From: Protoeuglena noctilucae
Lineage: Eukaryota
NCBI GenBank assembly: GCA_958009085.1
Contig: OY253672.1
Coordinates: 744,001 to 808,000 of the forward strand
Direction: 5' to 3'
Length of the DNA: 64,000 bases
Shown here: one piece after another, positions 12,169-26,827 of the stretch
Numbering within the stretch: position 1 is the first letter of the stretch
Layout of the letters: each line of letters starts with the position of its first letter
Position numbers and translations under genes: made by a program
The notes under the pieces: model-generated
Told to the model about the DNA's origin: nothing
Databases searched by the model: none
The model's input: the letters and a program-made list of their open reading frames with translations, nothing else

Positions 12169-12383
12169 ACCAAGGCTGAGGGCCGCCGCGTTTGTAGAGC
12201 TAACGCCGACGAGCGTGGCGTATATGTCGCAAAGGTGCGATGATCCTGAACGAGGACTCATGCGATGGGTGCCACCGCTCAGGGCAGGCAGCTGGGTAGA
12301 GGACCTATGCGGGGCGCCAACAGCGCTTGGCTTGCTCTAGAGGACCTAAACTGGAGTGGAAACCGATTGGCTTGTGCCAGAAA

Positions 12384-15208
12384 TTACGAGCGGCTCGACC
12401 TGCCGGGGGAGGAGCGGGCCCCGCCGCCCATGGGCCGCCCGTCCGAGCCCCACTTGGGCACGTGGATGGACGCGAGGGTGCGCACCCGCTGGAGGATGTC
12501 CGCCGGCACCCCCGCCTTGCGCCGCGAGCCCGTCAGCCCGTCACCCCCGTGCGACACCGCCAGGCGCGCCAGGTTGCGCCACTTGTCCTTCAGATCTACC
12601 GGCGAGCGTTCCTTGAGTACGCTGCCGCCCATCTTCTGCAGCACAAAAGATCACGTCGACACCGTCGGCTACCCCGCAAGGACAGCCTTCCTGGCCAAGA
12701 CACTGCCAACACAGTGCGCCCGTGTGCAACTTGCCTTTATCTCGGCCCACTTGCCGCCCCCGCACGCCTCGACGCCGTCGACGAGCGCGCGCGTCTCCTC
12801 CTCCGTCCACTGCCGGTGCTCTTTCTTGTCCCTCGGCGCTGCCCCGGTCAAGTCGACCGTCACTCGGTGGCCGCTCGCGTACTCCGCCCAATCCACCTGC
12901 AGGTGACCGGAACGGAGGCAGCGTCGCTGGCGATGGCACGAAACGAATCGGGCTGCCAGCGTCCCCCTGCCGCCGCCGGCGCTCACCTGGGCCAGGTCCC
13001 ATGGGTGCAGCACCCGAGGAGGGGCCCCGCCCCTCCCGCCATCCCCGTCGCCCTGCCCAGCGTCCGTGGCCGACGCGGCCGGGGACGCCTCTGGCGACAC
13101 GACGAGCTGAAGCGGCCGAGGCGCTGCGTGCGACTGGCCCCCGCTAACCAGCGCGGCGGCCGCGCCCAGCCCTGCCATGATGATGTCGGATGCCTGGCGC
13201 TTGGCTGCGGGGGCGGGTGCAGGGGCCCCGGTGAGCTTCTCGTCCCGCTTGCAACTTGGCAAACGCGCGCAGAGGGTGCCGCTCGCGATCGCCAGACACA
13301 CGCCGCACCTTGGGGGTCAAGCGGGACTGAGACGGCCCCTCCCTCTCCGGCCTTGCACGCCCGCGCCCGGCGAGCCACTTCCTCCGTGATTGCCGTCAGC
13401 GTCGCCTCGGCGGCCACCACCTGTACAGAAGAGAAAACACACCTGAGCGTTTGCTACCGTCAAGCTCAAGGCCACCCCCTTGCTGTCTAGTCCCGACGGC
13501 AGCCCCCGCACCTGCTTGACCAGCCACGTGCGGTTCTTGGAGCGGGTCTCCTGCCCGTACAGCTGCACGAACATGGAGCGCAGGTCGCTGAAGGCCGCAT
13601 CGGCAAACCGGTCCACGGCGGGGTCGCGTCCGCGCGCCTGGCCCCGGCCAGACGTGCCCGGCGCAGAGTCGGCGGGAGCCTCCCACGTGGGGTCCCCGAG
13701 GAGGGCGAGGGCAGCCGCGCCCAGCAGGCCGGTGGGGAGGCCCGGCAGAGGTCCGGCCGGCAGGGGCGGCAGGGCTGGCAGGGGCACGCTGGGCCCAACG
13801 CCGGCGTCGAAGGCGGGCATGGACGCGGGCTTCGCAACGCCTCGACTGCGGGCAGGTGGGTGGGCGTGGGTTCAGTGGGCGATGGGACCGGTCACCTGGT
13901 TCACACAGGCAAGCAAGTCAGGCACCCTTGGGCCTCACCGGGACGGGCCTTCCGAGGCGGGCTCGGGATGCGCGTGCGCCGCCGTCGGCACGCGCTCCTC
14001 CTCCGCCACCACGGGCACCATGCCGCCCGGGCACATGCGGGCGCCGGCCGGGGAGGCGGGGCCCTCGCCCAGGGCGCGCTTCCGGGTCCGAGCCATCCAG
14101 GACTCCATCGTCAGCTCGGGCACGTGGGGGGAGTCAGGCACGTCGCCCCGACGCGGCGTCAGGCCCAGGTCCGCGGCCAGGTCGGTCTCAGCCGTGGGCG
14201 GGCCTCGGAGGTTCGTCCAAATCAACGAAGCACGGCGCTTCGGGTCCGTGGGCAGATCCAAGCTGCCGCGACCCTGGCCCATGACGGCCGAGACGCGGCG
14301 GTCGGGGAACTCGTCGGGCCTGCGGGGGTGGTGGCACAGCCGCCGGTGGTGCGTGACGGGCGTCACGGGGGGCATTAATCAAGCTGGTCGGCCAAACAGG
14401 CAGCGTTTGCTCATGCGGCGAGGCACACATGGCGTCACCTTCCGAGAATCTCCGAGAGCCCCTTCTCTCGGAACGCGGCGAGTGCGCCGTCCAGGCCCCC
14501 CGACCCTTGCGACACAAGCGGGGGTCCGCCCGCCAAAGGATCCACGCCGCCAAAGTTCCCGCTGAGGCCGCGCGGCGAGAGGAAGGTCCCATGGGCAAGC
14601 GAGCGCATAGGGGAACCGATCCCGATGCCCAGCTGCGGGGACCCAAAGCCCCCCGCCGGACCGTGCGCGGCGTCGTCGGCAAAGATGCCGCCCGCGACGA
14701 TCAGCGACGTCTCGGAGCAGTTGGAGGTAGCCCGCGCGCGCTTTTGCATGCGCGAGGGCTGCGGGTGCCATCGCGCGTGGTCGTCCCTGTCGAGGTTGTG
14801 CGCTGCCCGCGCCAAGCCATCGAGCCCTGCGGGCGCGACAGGTGGCGCGACCGATGGGGGCGCGAGCAGCGTGGCGGACAGGGCCCAGAGGGACGCAGGC
14901 GGTATAACCAAGGATATTGCGCAGATAGCGACGGGCGCAGGCGGGGACGCGGGGTGAAGGCTGCGGGGCAGCCCTCGCCCACCCTGCCTGCGCATGTGAA
15001 CGGGCCGCGCGAGGGCGAGACGCGCACACCGGGCACCCCTACGCCGCAGACGATTGCAAAGGGAGCGTCGATAGTGGTTGCGACTGGTTTTCGATGAGTT
15101 TTGGGAGAATCCCGGAAGAACTGTACGTCCGCCGCGCAAATCACCTTGGGAGTCCAGGCGACTGCGCTTGCGGGTGGGACTGAGTCCCAGGAGTTGAGTC
15201 TCAAACAT
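12384..15208 (-). CDS. Myb/telobox (TRF-like) DNA-binding protein with long low-complexity N-terminus
   Basis: C-terminal QWTEEETRALVDGVEACGGGKWAEIK..RSPVDLKDKWRNL telobox motif; 5' exons and start uncertain. Confidence 0.75.
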
Positions 15209-15691
15209 CGTACTTCGAGCGCTTCGGGTTAGGGCAGCACAACCACGGGGTGGCTGAGAACGCGCGAACAGGCGTTAATCGCGAGGGAAAGCGACGTGGA
15301 ACGACAGTCACGAACCTGCTTGCTTGATAACATGGCCGGGGTGATCGCTAATCGCGCGATACGACGCCCCGAGACCCCGCGGCCCCGCTGCCTGACGTGC
15401 CGCACGTCTGACATGGGAAGGGTTGCAAATTTGGCGCATATTGAAGCATCCGGGATCAGTCTGCGACTGCTAGCATGATAGATAACGGGGCCTTTGCCCT
15501 TTCCTTCGAATATTAGGCACACCCAACTCTGAGCACTCACACAGAGCTACACAGGCTAAAAAAGCCTGTCCCCGAGTTGTCTGTGGCACATCGAGACCCG
15601 CTTGCGAAGGACGGGCGGATTGGTGGGACGGGATTCCCGTCGGGCGGCTCCGGGCACGCATCCCCGCAACGGCAGCGCCCCCGTCGCCCGT

Positions 15692-16472
15692 ATGAGCACG
15701 TTCTCCACGAGCCAGAGCCCCCTGCGGCTCTTGCTACCTGACTCCTTCTTCCGCTTCCTGGACGAGCGAGGGAAGGAGTACGGATGCATGTTGTCCGGCG
15801 CACTCTTCGGCGCAGCGTGGTGGTTCTGGGTGGACGCCGTCTCCACGTCAGCCAATAAGATACCGTTCATTCAGGTAAGCATCACTGGTACCACAGGGAC
15901 CCGCTCCACGGTCCCGGGACGCCTGCCCTGCCCGCTCCACCCCGACGTGCACCGGTTGAGGACCCGTGCCCCACGCCCCGCAGTTCCTGCCCGGTCTTTT
16001 TGCAACAATTGCCATCCTCATGATCAACTTGACGAGCCAGGGGGAGCTGTACAGCTACAGCAGCATGGACGACTCCGCCGACTGCCGCGCCAAGTTCTGG
16101 CTCCTCCTATCCTACCTGGTGCGCAGACGAGTGCCTCCATGGCTCTCGCGACCGTCGATACAGACTTAGTGTCGGACGCCGCACGTATCTCGTGCCCGCA
16201 GGTCTCGTTCGGGTCGGTAGTCGCGGCAGTGTTGGTGCTGGTCAAGGACTATGCACAGGCGAGCCGCAGACGCGGCGTGAGCTCCCCTGTGCGCCACTGC
16301 GGGTCGGTGACGCGTCAAACGTCTTCCCACGACCCCTCCCTCGCAGGCGGACCGCACGGTCGTGCCGTCCGTGTGGCCGGGGGTCGCCTGCGTCGTGCAG
16401 ACCCTTCTCATCCTCGGCAGCGGCTTGGCCCTCTTCCAAGCACGATCCCAGGAAGAGGGCCTTGCACTCTAG
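15692..16472 (+). CDS. UPF0220 / TMEM50 / Vps68-like membrane protein
   Basis: SGALFGAAWWFWVDAV..LPGLFATIAILMIN..AKFWLLLSYLVSFGSVVAAV..WPGVACVVQTLLI. Confidence 0.85.
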
Positions 16473-16505
16473 CAGCACTCCCGACCCGTTTTTTAAAGAA
16501 CTCGC

Positions 16506-19500
16506 TCATTCAACGCCATCCACCCGCACCCTAGCCTGCGCCTCTATGCGCTTGTCCTCCACATCCACCCTCGCGATCACCGCATACTCCCCGGGGTACA
16601 GAAACCGCGCCTTGCATCGCAGTAGCTCGAGTGCCTCCCCGCCATTCGGCGACCCCCACCCCGCGTCGGGCTGCCCCTCCCCACCGCCGCCGCCATGCAA
16701 GACCCTTTGCGTCTGACCCGCCAGCACCCACGGCAGGGACCCGGCTCCCCCGTTCGACGGCCCGAGGGCAGATATGCCCACAGACGCGACCACGGGCCCC
16801 GCCGCGTCCCACGCTGCGGATGCAACTCCCACCGCCGCGCCCTGCCTCCACAGACGCACGCGGATGCTCCACCGCTGGCACGCCGGGATCTTTTCGGTTG
16901 CCCGCGGCCCTTCCCGCCCGGCCGCGACCCCGTTCTCCGCCCGCGCCCCCAGCAACCCTCGAGCGTGCCCGTCAGCCGACGTCAGAGACCCAGCCTCCTC
17001 CCGCCACACCTCCACCTCGACCCGCCACGGGCACGCCGACGGCGACGCCTCGTCCTCATCGCCCTCGCTGTCCACGGCCAGCTCCCGTCCTGCCGTCCCC
17101 GGCGTCCCCGCCACCTCCGCCGCGCCACGCCCACCGCCGGCCCTGTCCCTGTCCTCTGGTGTGCCTAGGAAGCCGTGCCACGCAGAGGGCTCCGGCGTGG
17201 CGGCGGGCGGGTGCGCGTGCGACGGCCGCACGACCAGCGGCGGGCGCAGCGGGACGAGCAGGTTGAGCCCCGCGCACACGACGGCCGCGTGCGTGGCGGC
17301 GGGGCCCGCCTGGGCCGCCCCAGGGAGCACCGACACCGCAGCGCCCTGGGACGGGTGCTGGTAGGTCCCGCGCGTGGACATGCCCGCGGGCGGGGGCCGC
17401 CCCCCGACCCCACCACCCGTCGCGTGCGTCCACCACGTGCCTGCCCGCCTGCGAGACCCCTCGCGGTCGCGACCCCCCTCCGCCGCCCGCGACGCCTCCG
17501 CCTCGCCCGGCCAGCTCACGAGCTGAAGGCTCCACGGCACCAGCACGGCGTCCAGCCCGCTCACCACGCTGACCTGCACAGTGGCGCCCTCGTCCGCCGA
17601 CGTCCCCAACTCCCGTGGGGCGTCGTCCCGCTTGCCCCCGACCTGCCGGAGCTTGGCGGGGACGAAGAGGAATGGCCCCATGGCCGCGCTGTCCCGCGTG
17701 TGGCTCGTCGACCGGTTCAGCTTCGCTGATGCGCTCCCCGTGCGCTCCACCGTGCAGAGAGCCGTGAGGAAGTCGCAAGGCACCGCGAGGCCAGGCAGGG
17801 GTTCGCCGGCGCCGGGGACGGCCGCGTCCGCGGAGCGCGGCGCGAGCGCCCGGGAGAGGTCCACGGCGCAGTCGACGAGCTCCTGCTGCACGTGGGTGCC
17901 GAGGTGGGCGTGGTCGCGCTGGAGGGCCCCCACGAGCCGGTGGCAGATCTCGGCGCACGCAGCGGGCGGGTACTGCCCCGGCTGCTCGGACACGACGCTG
18001 AGGACCAGCGCCAGCGCCTCGGGCCACATGGGAGGGGGCACCGCGGTGGAGGCGGGGCGCGGCGGGCGGCGGTCGCGGCGGTCGGTCCGAGGCCTGCGGG
18101 GCGCGGGCAGGTCCGCGGCCGGGGCGAGGAGCCCGACGGTGTCGCGGAAACCCAGCCCCCATGCGGCGGCGACAAGTAAGAGGGGCCGGTCGAAGCGGCT
18201 GGCCGTGAGGGAGTCCGCGAGCGAGACGTACAGCTCGGCCAGGGTTCCCGGGGGTATCGGGGATCCCAGGGCGGAGCAGACGACGCCGGCGGATGCGCAG
18301 GGAGGCAGCGGCGAGGGTCCCGAGTCGAGGAGGACGCTGAGGGCGTGGTGACGCACGAGGGAGGAGAAGCGGGGGCGGCGGGCCTCGACCGCGGCCGCGG
18401 ACAGGGAAGCCAGCTCGGAGAAGAGCAGGACGGGGTCGGTGATCTCGCGAGCCGCGGCCCATGCGCGGCTGAGGGCCTCGGAGGACGGGCGGCCGTGGGA
18501 GGGGCCCAGGGGCGTACCTGCGCACAGCGACACGGTGCCCTGAGTGTTGTGGCAACTCGACACCCGATGAAGCTCGCCCCAGCCGCGACCGCATGCACTC
18601 ACCGGTCGCGCCCGGCGCCGCGTTCGCTGGCGCGCCCTCGCCCTCCTCCGCCTCCTTCCCCACCTCGCCCGGCACCGCGGATGTCACGCGGAGGGCGCGC
18701 GACCGCACCGCGGCAGCCCTGTCCAGGAATCCGAGGCGCTGATAGGCCGCCGAGCACGCGTGCGCGGCCGTGAGGGCGTCCGGGGCGTTGCCGGAGAGGA
18801 AATGCGCAGCCGCCACCCCCTCCAGCGCCCCCGCCGCCCACACGCTGTCGCCAGAGTTGCGCGCCAGGTCCAAGGCGTTGTTGTAGTGCTCGAGGGCGTC
18901 GCCGTGCGCACCGCAGAGAAGCGCCGCGTCGCCGATCGTCTTGCGCACGCGACCCATGCGCTTCTTGCTGCGAGGACCGCGGCAGTGGAGACCGTGACAT
19001 GCGGCGGGGTCGGATGCAAGCAGGCGCGCTACAGCTGCTACAGCCAGCTACCCGGAGCGCACCTGAGACCAGCCTCGTCTTTCCCCTTGATCTGCAGCGC
19101 CTGCAGAGGGTCCAGGCGCGCGGCAGCATCGAGTGGTGTCGTCAGTGACGTGGCAGACGGGGTCTGGCTAAGAGCGAGGGACTCGAGCGCGGCGACGAGA
19201 CCGGCCGTGAGGCGGAGAACGACTGCGGGCAATGGAAGGCACGGGCGTTCAGCCGGGCATGTGCGTGCACTCACTGATGATTGGGCAAGGGTGTGCTGCC
19301 ATGTGCCCCTGGAGAGTCCCCAACCCAGCCTAACGCGGGCGGCACTCACATTCCCTGGCCTCGTCCTCGCCCGACACCGTTGCTGCCTGCGCCTGCACGA
19401 GCTCTGCCTTGTTCGCCATCTGCGTGCCGCAAGGTCCCCACGATGAGAGAGACGCAGTGGGCGCACAGCAAGGGCACACCGAGGGACACTCCGTGAGCTT

Positions 19501-20246
19501 TACTGAGCGACCCTAGACTGCCAGCATGCAAAGGCAGAGCCTGCACAGGTCCCGGCACCCTGGGCTGCTCGTTATTCCACACCTGGACTTCAGTGGGCTC
19601 CAGCACGACCAACCGGTGGAGCAGGGGTGCCTGGGGCCCGAACGTCGTGTGCAAGCGATCGTCGGTGGCTGCTAATGCCTCGGAGCACAGGCGGGCGCCC
19701 GCTGGGCCGATGGATGGGCCGTGGGCGACCGCCACGATGGCCATCAGGCGCAAATGAGTGTGGATGCACAGCCAGTCTGATGCGAAGAGGGCACCCACGG
19801 ACTCGAGAGGGAGGGACGAAAAACTGTTGGCGCAGAGAGGGAGGGGCATGATGGGGCATCTCGCGTTCGACTCGCGATACGGAGACAGCAGCGCTCGGAG
19901 ATGAGGGCCCGATGCCCACCTACACGTCGTTCGACATCAGGCAATCGTCGTCGAACACGTGGGGCTGCACGGGCGCACCTCGGCGGGCGCTGGGCCCCAC
20001 GAACCCGCACCTGTACTTGATGTGCCCCGTCTCCCACGGGATCCCGGGGAAGGGGGACTTGTGGTCCGGAGAGTAAAACTTCCTCGCATCTCGCAGAGGC
20101 ACGCGCGTGAACTTGGCAATTTGAGGGAGCAGGGGCATCGCAGCTTGGCACGCCGTCGCTGTCGGGCCGACTGGGCAGAGGACGACGCTGACCTCCGCAT
20201 TCTCGGCAAACGGGGACGATAAATAGGAAGCGGGCAGCACTGACAT
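16506..20246 (-). CDS. TRS120: TRAPPII subunit Trs120/TRAPPC9, divergent C-terminus
   Basis: FYSPDHKSPFPGIPWETGHIKY and KKRMGRVRKTIGDAALLCGAHGDALEHYNNALDLARNSGDSVWAAGALEG match plant TRS120 motifs. Confidence 0.8.
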
Positions 20247-20761
20247 CGCGCCCGGACGGCCCTACGCTATGACATGGTCCGCTCACGCCCAACGGACCTG
20301 TGACAACCACAGAGAGCTCGGAGTCCGGGAGCGCAGGGTCCTCACGTCGCGGTTCACGAGCTCTTATGCCTCAGGAAAGGGGTCGCCGGCCTCTTCACGC
20401 CTACGCTGGGACGAACCCGCGAGACTGGCGCCCGAGCGTATTGTTTGCTTGAATTTCGACCAACTCGCGCTCTCAGTCTCTTGCGGTCGATACGCAATCG
20501 AGAAAAGGGGAAGCAAGCGCACAGTATCGGCGGAGACCGGTCCGGAGGGGGGCAAGCTGGGAAGCGAGGGCCACGATGCGCTCCGTGCTGCCGGCCTCAG
20601 CCAATGCGACGCCCTGCGCATGCTCGAGTGGGCGCAGCGCTGGCGGGGTCGTCGTCGGGAGGCCGCTTGCGAGATGCTTCCTGCCCCAACAAGCCAGGTG
20701 GGGGAGATGGACTGTTGACTTGGACCCGCGGCGACCTCAAAAGCTCGTTCTGTCGTCGCCG

Positions 20762-23700
20762 ATGCACGCGCGCGGGGCTGGGCGCGCGATTCGGCCTCCG
20801 CGAGCGGCGCCGAGTGGGTGGCTGGGACGGCTTGCGTCTCCACGGCCCGTCGCGCCAGCTGCGTGCGCCAGGCCCGCATCCACTCCCGCGGATGGATGGT
20901 GCACCTGCATCGTGTCGTGCCGTTCGTGCAGGTCGGTCGGCTGCGCCGCCGCCAAGAAGAAAGGGTCCTTGCCGGCGGAGTTCATGGATGACGGTCCGAA
21001 GCTCACGCCAAAGCAGCTCCGGAAGATGAAGGACGAGGAAGAGAGACAAAAGGTGAGCCGTGTAACAGCGCAGTGGCCCGCTGAACCGCGTTGCGGCCGG
21101 ACACGCGGGTGCGCCAGCACCGGCTCGCTCCAGAGGTGTCTGCAGTCTCGCCGACCCTGGCAGTCGCTTTCGACCGTCTTCGCAGAAGCAAGCGGAGAAG
21201 CAGGCTCAGGAGCAGAAGCGGAAGCGCGATGAGGAGCTCCGAACGCGCGCGGGAGCGGAGGCGAGGGGCAGCGGCGCTCCACAGGACGCAGGGCGAGCCG
21301 CCCCGGCAAGCTCGAGCGCCGCTGCTCCGGAGAAGGGTGCCGGTGGCGCTGGTGGCCGCGAGGTGGCGCTCGAAGAGGCGGATGAGCGGGGGAACGAGAT
21401 GGTTTTCACAGGTGAGAGTCGGGACCCTGGAGTGGGCGCCACGTGCGCGCCCTGCAATTCACCATTCGTATTGCGCGACGATCGCTGCCGAAGGGCAACG
21501 ATGGCATGGACGGTCGCCTGGGCACCTGGGCGACGGGGCTGATACGGGGCAGAGCAAGGTCCCGATTCGTCTTTTGCAGAGGGCCTGGTGGGCTCCACGT
21601 CCGGCATTCGCCTGACGAACGTCTCCATTTCCTTTAGGAACCAGAAGGTTCTCAAGGACATCAGCTGGGAGGTCAAGAAGGGCGAGCGCGTGGGGCTGGT
21701 GGGCGTGAACGGCGCGGGCAAGACCACGCAGCTGCAGATCATCATGGGGAACCTCACGCCCGACAGTGGGGAGCTCGCGCGGGCCAAGAACAACATGAAG
21801 ATCGCGTACCTGCGCCAGGAGTTCGACGTGGAGCCGACTCGCACGGTCCGGGAGGAGTTTGCCAGCGTCTTCAACCGCACGCAGCTGACCCAGGCCAGGA
21901 TCGAGAACATTCAGAGGGAGCTTGAGGCAAGTGGACATGTCACCCATCTCTGGCTCGACAACGCATCTGCCTGTTCTCTGGCAGCTCGTCCCTGCGTGCC
22001 GTTGCCCCATCGCACAGCTGCGGTTTCTCGTCTCCAGTCGCGCTGTGTCACAGCCTCGCTGTCCCTCTCGCCCCGCAGTCCGACGAGGCGCAGTCGGACA
22101 TGGACCGCATGGCTGCGCTGCTGGACGACCTGGACAAGCAGCAGCGCCAGTTGGACGCGCTCGATGCGGGCACGATCGACGCGCGCATCGACAAGATGAT
22201 GCCGGAGCTGGGGTTCTCCCCGGAGGACAACGAGCGGCTCGTGGCGTCTTACTCGGGCGGCTGGCAGATGCGCATGATGCTCGGCAAGCTGCTCCTGCAG
22301 GAGCCGGACCTGCTGCTGCTCGATGAGCCCACCAACCACATCGACTTGGACACGATTGAGTGGCTGGAGCGGTACCTCAAGGCCCAGGACATCCCCATGG
22401 TCATCGTGTCCCACGATCGGGAGTTCCTCGACAACCTCAGCACCAAGGTGAAGCGGCAGTCTGATGCACTGGGCCGCTTGATGCCAGGGTGACTGGTGCG
22501 CATGGCCTCGAGTGTGCTGAGGGCCACGGTGGGCGTGCACTCGGTTGCTTACGCGTCACAGTAACAGTCACTGGCACTTGCGTTCACACTGGCATTCGCT
22601 TTCCCACCCAGATTGTGGAGACGGAGCGTGGGGTCAGCACGACCTACTCTGGCAACTACACGGCTTACTTGCGCCAGAAGAGCGAGCGGTACGCCCAGCA
22701 GCTGGCGGCTTACGAGAAGCAGCAGAAGGAGCTGAAGAAGCTCAGGGAGCTGGTGCAGAAGCTCAGCGGGGGCGCACAGAGCGGGCGTGCGGCACAGGCG
22801 CAGAAGCAGGCGAGGGGCTCTGGGGATCGGGCATCGCACGTGTCGGTAGCTGGTGGTGTGCTAGACTTGTTGAGGGGTCAGATACACGACATGTGTGTCA
22901 TGCGCACACTGCAACGATGGCACGGGCGGCGTGCCCGGAGTGGCGCATGCTTTGCTGTGTCAGTGCCCGTGATAGCAGCAATAAGAGAGCCGACCGATGC
23001 TTTGCGTCTCGCAGATTGAGCGGATGGAGGCGGAGGGTCTGGTGGAGAAGCCGTTTGAGTTCAAGCAGCGTCGGTTCCTCTTCCCGTCCACGGAGGAGCG
23101 GTGCGGGCAGATCGTGGTCGAGTGCGAGGGCCTCTCGCACGGCTACGACGGACGCGGGACGCTCTTCGCCGACGTCGACCTCGTGGTGCAGCGGGGCGAG
23201 CGGGTGGCGCTCATGGGACCCAACGGGGCAGGCAAGTCCACGCTCCTGCGCCTCATCCGAGGCCTCGAGAAGCCCCTCGCCGGCGTGGCGCGCTTCGGAC
23301 CCCACAACGTCGTCCCCAACTTCTTCGGTGAGTGTGCGGCAGGGGTGCGCGGCGGTGCAGGTGGCGGGGCGGCGGGGGTGCAGCACTGGTGAAGTGGCGT
23401 TGGAGCGAACCGGGGATTAGAACCGCTCCTTGCTTTTGTCGCTTGCGCAGAGCAGAACCAGGCGGAGGCGCTGGACCTGGACCTCACGGTGATGGAGACG
23501 CTCGTGCGTGCCGCTCCGGACGCCAAACTCAACGACGTCAAGGCTCTGCTGGGGCAGATGATGTTCTCGGGGGACGCCATGGAGAAGAAGGTGCGGATCA
23601 GAGACGGCCTTTGCGGGCCATTACGCAGCTTTTGTGCCAAAATCTGAAAAGCAATTGCATGCTTGACCCGGCAGGTGGCTCGCCATGCGTAGGCCTTGCA

Positions 23701-24306
23701 TCAGCTGACTTGGCACCCTGGCCCTTTCTGCCTGTGATCAAAGCCGCTTCCGCGTTTCCATTTCAGGTCTCCGTGCTGTCCGGCGGGGAGAAGGCGCGGC
23801 TGGCCCTGGCCAAGTTCATGCTGACGCCTGCCACGCTGCTCATCCTCGATGAGCCGACCAACCACCTGGACATCCCATCCAAGGAAATGCTGGAGGGCGC
23901 GCTGCAGCAGTTCGACGGGGCCGTGCTGGCCGTGTCTCACGACAGGTACTTCCTCCGTCAGATCGCCACGCGTGTCTTGGTCGTGGAGGATGGGGAGCTG
24001 ATCGACTACGAGGGTGACTACGAGTACTTCCTGGAGAAGGACGAGGACGCGGCCGAGAAGGACAAGGAGCGCCTGCAGGCGCGCAGGGAGGTGGAGAAGT
24101 CCAACATCAAGGCCAAGAGCAAGATGAGGTGAGAGATGCGGGAGGTGGGGCCCGTGCGCCGTGCATCATTGATGCAACAGCGATGGAACCCGCATCCTTC
24201 GTGCGCCGCACGCAGCAAGGCAGAGAAGATGCTTATGAAAAAGCAGAAGGCCAAGGCATTCAACGAGGAGGCGGCTGGGAAGGGGCGCAGTGCTGGCGGG
24301 GCGTAA
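20762..24306 (+). CDS. ABC-F family ATPase (plastid ABCF5-like)
   Basis: Two NBDs ([43 protein letters not shown]), no TM segments, C-terminal KSKMSKAEK; Arg/Ala-rich transit-like N-terminus; start approximate. Confidence 0.92.
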
Positions 24307-24877
24307 TCCATCGCCTTGTATGCTTGTCTCCCTTTGCCCCTGCCACGCTCGCTGTCGCCATTGCCCTCTTAGCAAGCGCTTCCCCTGTCCTCTGTGCTCT
24401 TCCCATTCGCCGTACGCCCCTCGCCGGCTTCATTTAGATGCGACCGCCCGTGGTCAGAGGCGGCCAGCGTCAGCGCTGGCCCTTTCACTTGTTGCACTTG
24501 TTTCACTCGCTCCCTTCTAGGGACGTTTTCAAAAATCACTCGATGACCAATTCCGTGCAAGTGAAGGTACAAATGGCATCAAAAAAGTGCCAGTAAGCTT
24601 TTCATGTTTGGGCTAAGCAAACGTGACGTGCTGTGTCAGGAACCTCAGCACCGCGGCCTGCTGGACAGGGCGTGCCATCCCCGGTCTGCGGCTGGCTGCG
24701 AACAGGTCGCCCTCTGCCAGCCCCGACGTGAGATGATTGCTCGTGAGTGCCTCCAAGGTGCAGTCGCTCCCTGACTCCTGCATGAGAGAGGGAGGGCCTT
24801 CGCACTTTTGACCGGTGGCATCGACACATCATCGAGGAGAGTCTCGTGGAATTCATTCGTATGCATTGTTGCTGCAT

Positions 24878-26827
24878 TCAGCGTGCAGCATCCCTCTCTC
24901 TTACCCGCACGGTGAGCGTGGCGCCCCGTAACCGCGTCTCTCCCTGCGCCTTGCCCACGCGCTCGTGCGCCACGAGGGTCAGAGACGCGCACCGCGAACC
25001 CTCCGCCTTCGTCGTCGCAGCGCCGCTCTCGCCGCCCCGCTCTGCCTGGGTCCCGTCCCGCTCCAACACTGGCGCTATTGGCACGGCGACCTCGACCTCC
25101 ACCGACGACGGCGCGCCCCGCACGTGCGGGCTCAGGTGCAAAGTGCACACGCCCCTCGCGACCGCGTCCGCAGCCCTATCACTGACCGGGACGACCCACC
25201 TCGCCCGCAGAGGTGCCGTGGCTCCCAAACTGGCGTCCCCCAGACCTCGGCCCGCCCAGGGTTCCTCAAATGCCACCCTCGCCGACTCCACCATGGGTAG
25301 AGGACAGTCCCGGCCGTGAAGGCTGAGAATCTCCACCGTCACGCAGACGCGCTGCGCCGATGCCCGGGGCCGCTTGGCAGGCCGTTCTGCCTCGACGCCC
25401 TCCCGGCCCTCTCCCACGTGCCCCGCATCGTCCTTCTTTAAGCCAGCGGTGGGCATGGGTCCCGGGTCTCCCACCTGCCGGCCCTCAGCCGCGGCCCGCA
25501 CCCACTCAACAGGCCAGGCCACGTCCACCGCGACCATCACGCAGTCGTGCCGGCGGTAGTCAGGCACCGGCAGCTGCAGCTCCCGCATCACGACGCGCAT
25601 GACTTGGTCGACCCTTCCCCGCACGAGCAACGCCGCGCTCTTGTCCTTGGGCGTCTGCTGCAGGTTGACCACGACCATGCGGCCCCCGCGCCGTGCCGTG
25701 CGCTCGGGCAAGGCGTTCGCCGGCTGCACCTGCAGCGACGTGCCCAGGCATACGCTGAGGTCCGCTGCGTCCGCATGCCGCTCCGACGCCGACAGCTCGT
25801 CCTCTGCAAGCGTGGCTGGGATCCATGCTGGGGGCGAGGCGTGCCGCACGTGACCCATAGGGTCAGTCACACAGCCGGGCACTAGCTAGTCCCAGAGATG
25901 CGAATGCCGACTTACGAGCTATCCAATACGTAACATGTCCGTAACATCTCCCTCACCTGGCAGTGCTTGCTCCCAGTCCAGGATGTGGTCCCTCAGCCGA
26001 CCCCGGCACCCAGGACGCGTGCACGACCTTCCCGTCTGCCTGAAACCCACCGTCTCGATCTCGAAATCCCGGATGTGCTCCTTCTTGCAGCTGGGGCACC
26101 TCTCGCAGAAACAGTTGCCGTGAAGCTCAGCTGCGGGGTATGCACCAGGCTCGTCACATCAAACACCGTGCGCTGGAAGCTGGGGGAGGCATCACAGCTG
26201 TCAGGCACGATCAACGCACAGGTGGCCGCGACGCGTCAGTCACCGAGGTTGGCGCGGGGCACGCCGCTGCGTAGGTGCAGGCCGTCGACGTTCTGAGACA
26301 CGATGTAAGGGCACTTGCCCAGGCGCACCAGCTCCGCGATCGCCATGTGCGTCAGACTGCGACGAGGAAGCAGACCGAGCGCTGCGTCGCAATCAGGGAG
26401 GCGTGCGTCTTGCAACTGCACGGTCGCGGTCACTAGTCTCACCTCGGCACCGCATGAGCGAGGGTGGTCGTGGACTTGGGCACCGGCTTGCCCTGCTTTT
26501 GGAGCGTCCACACGCCATTGGGCCCGCGGAAATCGCTGATGCCGCAAGCGGTTGAGATGCCAGCGCCCGTAAAGAAGACAACACCCTTTGCGTCACGAAT
26601 CCACTGCAAGGGCACGAGCAATGCATAAGGTCGAAGCAGGGGGCGGCGGCAGGAGCCCCACACAGTCCAGCGCGATAACGGGCCGCTGTGGGAGGCGCGC
26701 AAGTCACGTGGGCGAGCTGCAGAGCCTTGGCGGTCAAGGCCGCCTCGTCGTCGAAAATCTCCGGGTCCCCGAGCTGGCCCCCGAGGTCCTCTCGAAAGGA
26801 GAGTTTCTCTGCGTATCCTAGACTCAT
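24878..26827 (-). CDS. SRT1: Class IV sirtuin, NAD-dependent deacetylase (SIRT6/7-like)
   Basis: [56 protein letters not shown]. Confidence 0.93.
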